DNA of 64,000 bases from an uncultured Collinsella sp. (GCA_958437495.1 CAUBOH010000007.1:12293-76292), one strand, 5' to 3'; counted from the first letter of the stretch, positions 17,016 through 26,708 are shown. Numbers and translations are program-made. The notes: a model not told the origin generated them from the letters alone.

Positions 17016-18380
17016 CTACTTGGGCGCGTTACCGCTCCGGTCGCGTTCGCTTTGCTCCACACGCCACTCTTCCCAGCCGCGGCCCGCAGGCTGCCAGAAC
17101 GCGCCGCGCTCCAACCCCTCGGGCAAATAGCGCTGGTCGACCCAACCTTCAGGATAATCGTGCGGGTACTTGTATACACCGTACTCGTCGCTGCCGGGAC
17201 GGTGACGATCGCGCAGATAGCTGGGCACCTCGCGCAAGCCGCTGCTACGGATATCGGCCAAAGCCGCATCGATCGAAGCCTCGCACGCGTTGGATTTAGG
17301 CGCCAGGCACACATAGAGCGCAGCCTGAGCCAGGTTAATGCGGCACTCGGGATAGCCAATGACCTCGGCAGACTTAAACGCGGCATGCGCCACCAAAAGC
17401 GCCTGCGGGTCGGCGTTGCCAACGTCCTCAGAAGCCTGAATCATAATGCGACGGGCAATAAACTTGGGATCCTCCCCCGCGTCGATCATGCGCGCGAGCC
17501 AATAGATTGTGGCATCGGGGTCGCTGCCGCGCATAGACTTAATAAACGCACTGATGATGTCGTAGTGCATATCGCCGTTTTTGTCATACGAAAAGCCGCG
17601 ACGCGGGTTGGCAATCTTTACGTCATCCACGGTGATGGGATAGCGCTCCCCCGCCGCCGGCGCTGGCGTTCCCTCGGTATCGGGACGCGTGACGGCGATC
17701 TCACTCGCAAGCTCGAGCGTCGTGAGCGCCGAGCGAGCATCGCCCGCGGCCAGCGTGCAGATGGTCTTAACCGCATCCTCATCGGCCGAGAACTTGCCGT
17801 TCAAACCCTGCGGCGCCTCGAGTGCACGCTCGATCAGCGTGGCGATATCCTCGTCCTTAAGATGCTCAAGCTCCACGACGCGACCGCGCGACAACAATGC
17901 CGAGTTGACCTCAAAGTACGGGTTCTCCGTCGTGGCGCCAATCATAATGACGGTACGGTTCTCAACCGCATGCAGCAAGGCATCCTGCTGCGACTTAGAG
18001 AAGCGATGAATCTCGTCGATGAAAAGAATGGTTCGACGGTCATAGGTATTCAGACGCGTCTTGGCCTCGTCAATCACGCGGCGCAAGTCCTTTACGGTGC
18101 CCGTCACAGCGCTGACCTCGACAAACTCACTCTTAGTATGGTTGGCGATAATGTGGGCCAGCGTCGTCTTGCCCGTACCGGCCGGCCCATACAGAATCAC
18201 ACTCGACAGCACGTCATGCTCAATCGCGGCACGCAACCATGAGCCCTTACCGACGGCCTTTTGCTGGCCCACGTACTCATCGAGTGAATTGGGTCGCATG
18301 CGCACCGCAAGCGGTGCATTCTGAAAGGAACGCTCGCGCGTCGAAGCAGAAAAAAGGTCGTCCATAGCCATCCCGTGCAT
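17016..18380 (-). CDS. rarA: Replication-associated recombination protein A (AAA+ ATPase)
   Basis: PLAVRMRPNSLDEYVGQQ, Walker A (GPAGTGKTT) and the MgsA C-domain. The start is ambiguous among ATGs at 18380, 18371 and 18365. The ORF-track 18383 codon is TTG. Confidence 0.9.
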   Translation of the reverse strand: MHGMAMDDLFSASTRERSFQNAPLAVRMRPNSLDEYVGQQKAVGKGSWLRAAIEHDVLSSVILYGPAGTGKTTLAHIIANHTKSEFVEVSAVTGTVKDLRRVIDEAKTRLNTYDRRTILFIDEIHRFSKSQQDALLHAVENRTVIMIGATTENPYFEVNSALLSRGRVVELEHLKDEDIATLIERALEAPQGLNGKFSADEDAVKTICTLAAGDARSALTTLELASEIAVTRPDTEGTPAPAAGERYPITVDDVKIANPRRGFSYDKNGDMHYDIISAFIKSMRGSDPDATIYWLARMIDAGEDPKFIARRIMIQASEDVGNADPQALLVAHAAFKSAEVIGYPECRINLAQAALYVCLAPKSNACEASIDAALADIRSSGLREVPSYLRDRHRPGSDEYGVYKYPHDYPEGWVDQRYLPEGLERGAFWQPAGRGWEEWRVEQSERDRSGNAPK

Positions 18381-18425
18381 CAATCAAAAAAGTTTTCCAC
18401 GAACAGTATACCGAATAAATACGAA

Positions 18426-19673
18426 CTACCGTTCGTTAATATAAGTACGGTGCGGAAACTTCAGACCGGGGAACAGCTTGCTTGCGAGCTCGCAGAAATA
18501 GCCATCCGTCATGCTCGCAATGTAATCCACCACGGTTTGGTCCTTATCGTCCTGCCATGCATAGGTACGGTCGTAGTAAGAAAGCTGCTGCTCAATGCGC
18601 GAAATGTGGTGCTTAAAGATGTAGGAGGACTCGTCTCCTTCGTTTATATCCTGCAGGCAACGGTCGTAGAGCTTTTCGAACGCCTCGCGCAGCTCCGCTT
18701 CGGAATCGCCTTCGATGCCGCCCTTGCTATAGATCTTCTCGTAGTTCTCGCGCTTGGCCCGACGGATTTCCTCAAACAAGTCCTCGCTCATCTCGATACG
18801 CGGCTTGCCATAGCTGTGCTCAACGATATCGATGGAGGCATGCGTGAGGATCCAGCTGTTGTAAGCCCCGCCCAGGCCATCGTCAAAAGCGCCGGGTGAC
18901 AGCAGGCCAGCCGCAATGGCGTCTTGGCGATCGCGCCCCACGTAGGCAAGGATATCCGAGATGCGAACGACACAACCCTCGAGCGTCATGGGGCGCAGGT
19001 GCTCAATCGCGCTATAGCCCGTGGCGATGCAGTCCTCGACCGTCTGATCGAACTGGTCAAATGAGCTCATGCCCGAGAGCTCGAACACGCGTTGCTCGTA
19101 CTCTCCGTTATGGCATAACACGCCATCGAGCGTCTGGAGCGACACGTTGCGGCCGTACAGCGCGTCGAGCACGCGGACCGACTGCACGTTATGGAAAAAG
19201 AAGCGACCCGTGCGCTCGTGGTAGATATCGTTGAGAAATCGCTCGCCGGCATGGCCAAAGGGCGTGTGACCCAAGTCGTGGCCTAAGCCAATTGCCTCGA
19301 TCAGGTCGCAGTTGAGCCCCAGAGCACGTCCGATATCACGCGCGATGCGCGAGACAAGCTGCACGTGCAGGCCGCGACGCGACAGATCATCGTTGCTGCG
19401 AAAGCTGAAAACCTGAGTTTTACCGGCGTATCGGGCGTACGCGGGCAGATGGAGAATCTTTTCGGCATCGCGCATAAAGGCCGGACGCATAAGCGTGCCT
19501 TGATCTGCGGCTCGATCAACACGACGGATGACCTGGTCGTCACCGCATCGATAGGGATTAACGACACCCGAGGCGCGGTCGGCGGCAATACGCTCGACCA
19601 GATCGGGCGACAACGCCGCGGGAATGCGATCCATGCGCGCCTTAATGGCGGCTGTCTCTTGATTAATTGCCAT
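18426..19673 (-). CDS. HD-domain dGTPase-like triphosphohydrolase family protein
   Basis: HD motif (GLGHDLGHTPFGHAGERFL). Start re-set to ATG 19673, which lies 6 nt after AAGGAG. Confidence 0.75.
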   Translation of the reverse strand: MAINQETAAIKARMDRIPAALSPDLVERIAADRASGVVNPYRCGDDQVIRRVDRAADQGTLMRPAFMRDAEKILHLPAYARYAGKTQVFSFRSNDDLSRRGLHVQLVSRIARDIGRALGLNCDLIEAIGLGHDLGHTPFGHAGERFLNDIYHERTGRFFFHNVQSVRVLDALYGRNVSLQTLDGVLCHNGEYEQRVFELSGMSSFDQFDQTVEDCIATGYSAIEHLRPMTLEGCVVRISDILAYVGRDRQDAIAAGLLSPGAFDDGLGGAYNSWILTHASIDIVEHSYGKPRIEMSEDLFEEIRRAKRENYEKIYSKGGIEGDSEAELREAFEKLYDRCLQDINEGDESSYIFKHHISRIEQQLSYYDRTYAWQDDKDQTVVDYIASMTDGYFCELASKLFPGLKFPHRTYINER

Positions 19674-19704
19674 GAAATGCTCCTTAGAAAGGACGCGCAA
19701 TCGG

Positions 19705-20127
19705 TTACAGCGTGCAGCCCACGAACTCGATTATGGCAAATATCGGCACTAAAAACGGCAGCAATGGCAAGGAGCGCGATTTTGTGATGAGGCAGGCGAC
19801 AGCAAGTGCAAGGAGCGAGGTAGCAAACGCAACGATGCCACCCAGAGGGTCGAGGGTGCAAAGGGCAAAGAGCGCCTTGGCATCTCCCATGCCGATACCT
19901 GGGGCATGACGAAGGCGCCGCCAGAGCGACTCAGTGAGCACGAGGGCAAGGTACACGATGACCGCGAGGCCGGCGTAGTCAAGTGCGATGTTCAGGCCAT
20001 GATCAAGCCAGACGCCCGCAAACGCTGCCACGGCACAGACAGCGGCGAGCGCGTTTGGAAACCGCCGCTCACGGGCATCGATGAGCGCACCGGCAAAGGC
20101 GCACAGCCAAAACGGGATATAGAACAA
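19705..20127 (-). CDS. A24-family prepilin peptidase-like protein (CpaA/TadV size)
   Basis: 140 aa, polytopic, with both catalytic Asp contexts (ALIDARERRFPN and GIGMGDAKAL). The only start candidate is TTG at 20127. Confidence 0.65.
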   Translation of the reverse strand: MFYIPFWLCAFAGALIDARERRFPNALAAVCAVAAFAGVWLDHGLNIALDYAGLAVIVYLALVLTESLWRRLRHAPGIGMGDAKALFALCTLDPLGGIVAFATSLLALAVACLITKSRSLPLLPFLVPIFAIIEFVGCTL

Positions 20128-20149
20128 CGAAACCCCCTCAACCTAGGGC

Positions 20150-20198
20150 CCAAACGCAAAAACCACCACAGAGGTGCCTGTCCCCTTTGTGGTGGTTT
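20150..20198 (-). terminator. Intrinsic terminator after the GT2 gene (copy 1 of a repeated 39-nt hairpin)
   Basis: Minus strand: AAACCACCACAAAGG-GGACAGGCA-CCTCTGTGGTGGTTT followed by TTGCGTTT. Confidence 0.7.
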
Positions 20199-20207
20199 AG
20201 GTGATGG

Positions 20208-21503
20208 TTATTTGGCACCCTGCATAACTTCGTCGAGGGTGACGCTTACGGCATGCTGCGTCGGAACCCAGTCGACCTTGAGGAACAGCGCTGCCACGGT
20301 AATGGGGATATAGCTGAACATAAAGATCGGGAAGGTAAACAGGTTGGTCACCAGACGCCACTTTTGCGCGCAGTGAATGTGCTTGTACTCAAAGATGGTC
20401 GTGAGCAGCGCCAGGATAAAGAACGTCTGATACAGCATCACGAAGGTCATGATGAGCGACGCGGCACAGGCCTGCATCTCGACCTCGGTGGCCAAAAAGC
20501 CGTGCGAAAGGCCACCCACAATCAGGAACGTGGCATTGGCGAGCATCGAGATCAACGATAGCAGCATACCCGGGGCGATCGTCATAAACATGTCGTAGGC
20601 GGCAAAGCGATGGTAGCGAAAGGTCGACTTGACCAGGTGCTTACCATACGTAAAGAACACCTGGTAGAAGCCCTTAGTCCAGCGCATGCGCTGCTTCCAG
20701 GAAGCCTTAAACGTCACGGGCTGTTCGTCAAAAAACTCCGCCGGTGCATAACCGATGCGGATGCCATGGATGGCGCAGAACGTGGTGAACTGAATGTCCT
20801 CAGTCAGCGTGTGGAACTGCCAGCCGTGCATGCCTTCGATCACGCTGGCTGAAATGAGATAGCCCGAACCCGAGACAGCGCAGGAAGTCTTGCAGATGTT
20901 ACGCGCATTATTAAGGAAGCGCGCCTCGCGCAGATACCACGTAGCATTAGCTGCCGAAATCCAGGAGCTGCCGAAGTTTTTGGAGTTGCGATAGCTCGTG
21001 ACCACATGGAAGCCCTGGTCAAAGGCATCGTTCATCTTGGACACGTAATCGCGGGAAATGACGTTATCGGCATCGAAAATAAAGTAGCCCTCAAAGGTAT
21101 CGGGATACTCGTTAAGGATACGGTCAAAGCCAAAGTCCATGACCCAGCTCTTGCCCTTGCGAGCAAGGTCATTACGCTCGTAGACAATGGCGCCGGCCTC
21201 GCGCGCAAGCTGCGCCGTGTTGTCAGTACAGGCATCGGCGACCACAAAGACCTCGATAAGCTCGGACGGATAATCCTGGTCCTTGATAGAGCGAACGAGG
21301 TTGGCAATCACGGCCTCCTCGTTATGGGCCGCGATAAAGAAGGCGTAGCGATGAAGCTTTTTGGCCTTAGGGGGAGCGACCTCGCCACGAAGGGCGCCGA
21401 TGATAAAGAAGACCACCTGGTACAAGAAACAGACCGTAAGCAACGTAACCACGATCTGATTGAAGATCACGATGGGCGTGTTGGTTTGTAAAAAGGCGAG
21501 CAT
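20208..21503 (-). CDS. Family 2 glycosyltransferase, membrane-integrated and processive-type
   Basis: 431 aa: N-terminal TM, DxD (FIFDADN), TED (TLTEDIQF), QxxRW (QRMRWTKG), C-terminal TM bundle. Confidence 0.85.
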   Translation of the reverse strand: MLAFLQTNTPIVIFNQIVVTLLTVCFLYQVVFFIIGALRGEVAPPKAKKLHRYAFFIAAHNEEAVIANLVRSIKDQDYPSELIEVFVVADACTDNTAQLAREAGAIVYERNDLARKGKSWVMDFGFDRILNEYPDTFEGYFIFDADNVISRDYVSKMNDAFDQGFHVVTSYRNSKNFGSSWISAANATWYLREARFLNNARNICKTSCAVSGSGYLISASVIEGMHGWQFHTLTEDIQFTTFCAIHGIRIGYAPAEFFDEQPVTFKASWKQRMRWTKGFYQVFFTYGKHLVKSTFRYHRFAAYDMFMTIAPGMLLSLISMLANATFLIVGGLSHGFLATEVEMQACAASLIMTFVMLYQTFFILALLTTIFEYKHIHCAQKWRLVTNLFTFPIFMFSYIPITVAALFLKVDWVPTQHAVSVTLDEVMQGAK

Positions 21504-21585
21504 ACAGGCTCCCGGGAACGCGTAACGTAGACAACCGTATATCTTACCGCAGGCTTACCGAGTTCAAGAAACCACCTAAAACTGA

Positions 21586-22599
21586 CTAGGCTTCGAGCAA
21601 GCCGAGCTGAGGAACAATCTCGTCGCCGGCGGCAGTGCGGCCAAGCGAGCGCGGGGCTAAGTCATCAAGAACCGCGGCGAGATCCCAGGGCAGTTCATCA
21701 CGGCACTCAATTCGCTCCCCCGTTACCGGATGATCGAACGCCACGCGCCAGGAATGCAGGAATTGCCTGGTCAAACCCTGGTCGGCGCGTGCATCGCATT
21801 TGCCGTAGAGCGGATCGCCCACGCAAGCGTGGTTGATATGACGCATGTGCACGCGAATCTGATGCGTGCGGCCCGTAAACAAGTGGCATTCCACCAGCGT
21901 GTAGCCGTCGTCAAAGCGCGTGGAATCAAAGCGTTCGAGAACCTTAAAGGTCGTGATGGCCTGACGCGCAAAGGGATCGTCGGACACCGCCATCTTGACG
22001 CGATCGCGCGTAGAGCGGGCAATACCGGTATTAATAGTTCCCTCGTCCATGGCGATGTGACCGTGAACAAGCGTGATATAGCGACGATCGAGCGTACGCG
22101 TGCGGATGAGATTTTGAAGCGCGCGCTGGGTCTCGTCGTCCTTTGCCGCGAGCATGAGGCCCGAGGTATCGCGATCCAGACGGTGCACGATACCGGGACG
22201 GTCCTCGCCCTGCACGGTGCCCAGATGGTCGATACCGCAGTGGTAGACCAGGGCGTTCGCAAGCGTACCGCTCTCGTGGCCGTGAGCAGGATGACACACG
22301 AGACCCCGCTGCTTGGAGAGCACAATGAGGTAGTCGTCCTCGTAGCGAATGTCGAGCGGGATAGCCTCGGGAATCACATCGGTGGGATCGTGCGGCTCGG
22401 GCAGGTCGACCGAAATGCGATCGCCGGCGCGCACGGCGTACTTTTTGGACAGGCAGGTCTCGCCATTGACGGCAACAGCACCGCCCTCGATCAAATGCGC
22501 GCAGGCAGAGCGCGTGGGGCAGCCGTCGTTGGCGCCCAGATAGGCGTCGAGGCGCTGGCCAGCGGAATCGTCGGCAACAAGAATATGGATGTCGGCCAT
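21586..22599 (-). CDS. rluD: RluA-family pseudouridine synthase (RluD-like)
   Basis: S4 domain plus the catalytic HRLDRDTSG motif. 1-nt overlap (TAATG) with the lspA stop. Confidence 0.9.
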   Translation of the reverse strand: MADIHILVADDSAGQRLDAYLGANDGCPTRSACAHLIEGGAVAVNGETCLSKKYAVRAGDRISVDLPEPHDPTDVIPEAIPLDIRYEDDYLIVLSKQRGLVCHPAHGHESGTLANALVYHCGIDHLGTVQGEDRPGIVHRLDRDTSGLMLAAKDDETQRALQNLIRTRTLDRRYITLVHGHIAMDEGTINTGIARSTRDRVKMAVSDDPFARQAITTFKVLERFDSTRFDDGYTLVECHLFTGRTHQIRVHMRHINHACVGDPLYGKCDARADQGLTRQFLHSWRVAFDHPVTGERIECRDELPWDLAAVLDDLAPRSLGRTAAGDEIVPQLGLLEA

Positions 22600-23180
22600 T
22601 AGCGCTCATTCCTTTCGCGAATCTTGCGGGCACGCTCCCCACGTTGCTGGGCCTTGCGCTTGGCGCGGGCCTCGTCACGGGCGTTGAGCTCGGCCGTCGC
22701 ATCGACCTCGCAAGCGGCGGGACTCAAGAACATGTAACCAACGAGGGCGAGCACGACACCCACGGTAATACCGATATCCGCAACGTTAAAGACAGGGAAA
22801 TCAATGAAGGTAGTGGCAATAAAATCAGTCACAAAGCCCATGGCCAGGCGATCGATCGCGTTGCCGATGGCACCGCCCGCAACCATAGCCATGCCCACGA
22901 CCTCCAGGCGAGCGAGTTGAGACGCGCGAACCAGGTACACGGCAATGGCGACAATAACCGCGAGCGCCAGCACGGCAAACGCTATGCCATGGCCCTCGCC
23001 CATGCTAAAGGCAGCACCGATGTTACGCACGAAAAGGAAGTCGATCACACCAGGGATAACAGTCACTTGCAGAGTATCGCCCACGGCACGAACCGCAAGC
23101 TTGGTCAGCTGGTCAACAAGCAGCACGGCCAACGCCACACCACCAGCAACACCCAACCGCCAACGCAAAGGCGGCGTCAT
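22599..23180 (-). CDS. lspA: Signal peptidase II (lipoprotein signal peptidase)
   Basis: LLVDQLTKLAV, GNAIDR and FNVADI motifs. Start re-set to the first ATG at 23180; the ORF-track 23198 codon is TTG. Confidence 0.9.
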   Translation of the reverse strand: MTPPLRWRLGVAGGVALAVLLVDQLTKLAVRAVGDTLQVTVIPGVIDFLFVRNIGAAFSMGEGHGIAFAVLALAVIVAIAVYLVRASQLARLEVVGMAMVAGGAIGNAIDRLAMGFVTDFIATTFIDFPVFNVADIGITVGVVLALVGYMFLSPAACEVDATAELNARDEARAKRKAQQRGERARKIRERNER

Positions 23181-23310
23181 ATCCGCACAACGACCCAAAG
23201 AAATCCCCTACCCTCAAGAACAATCGAATTCCGTTTAACGCAATTAACCATCTTATATTGCCACACGCAGAGCGCACGACATATTCGCTAACGTCAGATA
23301 AATAACCAGC

Positions 23311-23347
23311 ATAAAAGAAAGCGGCATTCCGAAAAACAGAATGCCGC
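23311..23347 (-). terminator. Intrinsic terminator after ileS
   Basis: Stem GCGGCATTC/GAATGCCGC with a 9-nt loop, followed on the minus strand by TTTCTTTTAT. Confidence 0.7.
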
Positions 23348-23420
23348 TTTTATTCAGCGGAGCAAATGGGCCGAAGGCGTCCAAATCCTCCCTATAACTA
23401 AAATGCCGAGTTACTGTGCC

Positions 23421-26222
23421 TTAAAGGGCATCAGCGCAGCGCTTGCAAATGTGCGCGTGGCCGTTGTACTCGCCGACGGTGGTGCGATAGTTCCAGCAAC
23501 GGTCGCAGCACTCGCCCTCGGCAGCCTCGATGGCAACGGAAAGCTCCTCGCCCTGGGTCAGCTCAACATCGGAGACGATGTAGAACTCGGCCAGGTCGAC
23601 GGCCTTGTCGCCGGTCAGCAGCGCGTACATCTCGGCGGGAACGACCGCCTTGACGCGGACCTGCTGGCTCTTGGTGAAGGTGCCGGCGGAACGGGCATCC
23701 TCAAGGGCCTTGGTCACGGCGCTACGGAGCTCGAGCGAAGCCTCGAGCACGCCCTCAAACTCGTTGGCCTCGTCAAACGTGATGGGCGACTTATACCAAT
23801 CGAGCAGCGCGGCGTACTTCTGGTGATCGACGCAGCCGGCAGGCGCATAGGCCATGGCCTCGTCGACGGTGTAGGACAAGATCGGCTGCAGGTCGCGCAT
23901 GAGCATCGAGAAGAGCTCGGCGAGCACGGTCTGGGCGCTGCGGCGCTCAAGCGAGCCGGGCTTCTCGCAGTACAGACGGTCCTTCAGGGCGTCGAGGTAC
24001 ACGTTGGAAAGCTCGGTAACCACGAAGTCGTAGAGCGCACGGTAGGCGCGCGGGAACTCGTAGCTGGCGTAGGCGTCGTCGACCTCGGCCTGGACCTGGG
24101 TCAGGCGGGCAACCATGAGTTTGTCGAGCGGCAGCAGGTCGGCAAAAGCGACGCCGTCGGTCTCGGGCTCAAACTGACCCTCGAGCTCGGAGAGCAGGAA
24201 GCGCAGCGTGTTGCGGAAACGACGGTAGGCATCGGACGTACGAGCGAGAATCTCGTGGTCGATGGAAACGTCGGAGCTGGTGTCGACGGAAGCAACCCAC
24301 AGGCGGATGATGTCGGCGCCCATCTCGTCACAGACCTTATTGGGGTCGATGACGTTGCCGAGCGACTTGGACATCTTGCGGCCCTGGCCGTCGAGCGTGA
24401 AGCCCTGCGAGACGACCGCCTTGTACGGGGCATGGCCGTTGGCGCCCACCGAGGTGAGCAGCGAGCTCTGGAACCAACCGCGGTGCTGGTCGGAGCCCTC
24501 GAGATACACGTCCGCCGGGTACTCAAGCTCGGGGCGATACTCGCAGACGGCCTTCCAGGACACGCCGGAGTCCCACCACACGTCGAGAATGTCCTTATCG
24601 GCCTTAAGGTGATGGCCGCCGCACTTGGGGCAGACGCAGGCCTCGCCCAGGTAGCTCTCGGGAGCGTCGGTGAACCAGGCGTCGGAGCCCTTCTCGTGGA
24701 AGAGCTTGATGACGGCGTCGAGCGTGGCGTCGTTCATGACCTTCTCGCCGCAGTCGGCGCAAGTGTAGCTGGGGATGGGCACGCCCCAGTTGCGCTGACG
24801 GCTGATGCACCAGTCGGGACGCTGCTCGACCATGGCGCCAATGCGGTTGGCGGCATGGGCCGGATACCATTTAACGTTCTCGCGGACCTCTTTGCCAGCC
24901 TGCTCGCGCAAACCGGTCTTGTCCATCGAGACAAACCACTGGTCGGTAGCACGGAAGAGCACAGGGTGCTTGCAGCGCCAGCAGTGCGGATAGCTGTGCG
25001 TGATCTTCTTCTCGAGGACCAGGGTGCCGCGCTCGCGCAGGAACTCGATGATGTGCGGGTTGGCCTCATCAGTATCCATACCGCTGAAGGGGCCACCGGT
25101 GCCAAACTCCTCGCCGGTGTAGAACTTGCCGTCGTCATCGACCGGCATGCAGATGTCGGTGATGCCCTCCTTGAGGCAGGCGAAGTAGTCGTCGACGCCG
25201 TGGCCGGGCGAGTTGTGGACGATACCGGTACCGTCATCGACACCGACGTAATCGGCCAGCAGCGCCACACCCTCGACACCGTCAAAGATCGGCTGCTTGT
25301 AGTGGATGTGGTGGAAGGTCTCAGCGGGAACCACGTAGGGCTTACCGTCGACCATAACCGGGGTGTACTCCCAGCCAAACTCCTCGCAGCACTTGGGAGC
25401 CAGGTCCTCAAGCATAACCTCAGCACGACCATCGTGCTCAACGGCGACGTAGGCGGCGCCGGGCTTGAGGGAAACGGCCTGGTCGGAGGGGATGGTCCAC
25501 GGCGTAGTCGTCCAGATGATAAAGTCGACCGGGCCGTCGAAGTTCTCGAGGCCGGCGGGCTTGGAAGTCATCTCAAAGCGCACGAAGATGGACGGGCTCG
25601 TCTCGTCGGAGTACTCGATCTCAGCCTCGGCGAGCGCGGTGTGGCAGTGCTTGCACCAGTGAACCGGCTTGTGGCCGCGATAAATCATGCCCTTATCGAA
25701 CATGGCCTTGAAGACCTCGATATCGGCAGCATCATGCTGGTGATAGAGCGTCAGATAGGGGTTGTCCCAGTCGCCGAGCACGCCCAGACGACGAAAGCCG
25801 GCCTTCTGCAGCTCGATGTTCTCGACTGCGAACTCGTTGCAGAGCTCACGAATCTTGGCCGTGGGGGTCTGGTTGAACTTCTCGGTGCCGAGCTTCTCCT
25901 CGACCTTGTGCTCGATCGGCTGGCCGTGGCAGTCCCAACCGGGGACATAGGGAACCTCATAGCCCTGCATCATCCAGTAGCGGTTGATCATGTCCTTGGA
26001 GATCTTGTTCATGGCGTGGCCGATGTGAATCGGGCCGTTGGCGTACGGAGGACCGTCGTGCAGCACGAACTTCTTGTGACCCTCGTTCTTCTTCAGAACC
26101 TGCTCGTAGACCTTGTTGTCCTGCCAGTCCTTGAGTCGCTTGGGCTCGGACTTGGAAAGACCGGCGCGCATGGGAAAACCGGTCTTGGGCAGATTCATCG
26201 TCTGCTTGTACTCGTTTGCCAC
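23421..26222 (-). CDS. ileS: Isoleucine--tRNA ligase
   Basis: Canonical IleRS (YKQTMNLPKTGFPMRAG, HIGHAMNK, KMSKSLGN, C-terminal Zn ribbon). Start re-set to GTG 26222 after GAAAGGGG. The ORF-track extension covers the T-box terminator. Confidence 0.95.
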   Translation of the reverse strand: MANEYKQTMNLPKTGFPMRAGLSKSEPKRLKDWQDNKVYEQVLKKNEGHKKFVLHDGPPYANGPIHIGHAMNKISKDMINRYWMMQGYEVPYVPGWDCHGQPIEHKVEEKLGTEKFNQTPTAKIRELCNEFAVENIELQKAGFRRLGVLGDWDNPYLTLYHQHDAADIEVFKAMFDKGMIYRGHKPVHWCKHCHTALAEAEIEYSDETSPSIFVRFEMTSKPAGLENFDGPVDFIIWTTTPWTIPSDQAVSLKPGAAYVAVEHDGRAEVMLEDLAPKCCEEFGWEYTPVMVDGKPYVVPAETFHHIHYKQPIFDGVEGVALLADYVGVDDGTGIVHNSPGHGVDDYFACLKEGITDICMPVDDDGKFYTGEEFGTGGPFSGMDTDEANPHIIEFLRERGTLVLEKKITHSYPHCWRCKHPVLFRATDQWFVSMDKTGLREQAGKEVRENVKWYPAHAANRIGAMVEQRPDWCISRQRNWGVPIPSYTCADCGEKVMNDATLDAVIKLFHEKGSDAWFTDAPESYLGEACVCPKCGGHHLKADKDILDVWWDSGVSWKAVCEYRPELEYPADVYLEGSDQHRGWFQSSLLTSVGANGHAPYKAVVSQGFTLDGQGRKMSKSLGNVIDPNKVCDEMGADIIRLWVASVDTSSDVSIDHEILARTSDAYRRFRNTLRFLLSELEGQFEPETDGVAFADLLPLDKLMVARLTQVQAEVDDAYASYEFPRAYRALYDFVVTELSNVYLDALKDRLYCEKPGSLERRSAQTVLAELFSMLMRDLQPILSYTVDEAMAYAPAGCVDHQKYAALLDWYKSPITFDEANEFEGVLEASLELRSAVTKALEDARSAGTFTKSQQVRVKAVVPAEMYALLTGDKAVDLAEFYIVSDVELTQGEELSVAIEAAEGECCDRCWNYRTTVGEYNGHAHICKRCADAL

Positions 26223-26263
26223 GGTACCCCTTTCATGTCGTGGGCGCGCACGCCCGTTGGGCA

Positions 26264-26570
26264 CCAAAAAAGCGCCCGTCCCTACAAGCTGGGACGAAGC
26301 GCCACAAAACAGGCTGTAGGCCCGCAAAAGCTCTTCGCTTAACCACCCAGCTTAGATGCCCTCGCCCGCGTATTCGCGCGCTCGCATCCATTACTCGGCT
26401 GGCCTGTATCGACGACCATCTCGGCGATATCTACTAAGACGTGCCTGTACGGCGCGCCCGTTGGGACCGCAGCTCCGGGGTGATTTTCATCGGTCGCATG
26501 CACGGGTTCTCAGCGCTCCCCGCTCTCTGTAACATGCGGACGGCCGACTACTCGTCCCCATCAACGCTCA
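26264..26570 (-). promoter_or_regulatory. T-box riboswitch leader (Ile specifier AUC) with intrinsic terminator, controlling ileS
   Basis: Minus strand shows these elements in order. K-turn/S-turn: GAUGGGGACGAGUAG. AG bulge: ACAGAGAGCG. Distal loop: GCUGAGAA. Specifier loop: GAUGAAAAUCACCCC, with AUC at 26484-26482. T-box: AGCUGGGUGGUUAAGCG at 26352-26336, which can pair with CGCUUCGUCCCAGCU to form the antiterminator with a UGGU bulge. Terminator: GCGCUUCGUCCC...GGGACGGGCGC plus U6 at 26302-26264. Confidence 0.85.
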
Positions 26571-26708
26571 TGCGGTGTATGGTAGCACGGTCAACGCCGT
26601 CAAAAAACCCTCAACACTGGTTTTATACGTTCGAAATTTCTTGCAGCCGTGGACCTTCTCTTGGAGCAAAATACCTGTAAGCACTTTATCGAACGAAAGA
26701 AGGTTGCT

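Noticed and set aside
23403-26342. 979-aa plus-strand ORF
   Set aside because: It is a perfect antisense shadow of ileS. The translation is low-complexity (G/A/L/V/D/R-rich, many GxxG runs) with no motif I recognise, whereas the minus strand encodes a canonical IleRS. Stop-poor antisense frames are expected at this GC content.
26216-26680. Small plus-strand ORFs (26216-26437, 26441-26680) in the ileS upstream region
   Set aside because: They lie antisense to the T-box leader, which fully explains the conservation-like structure of this region. They have no RBS.
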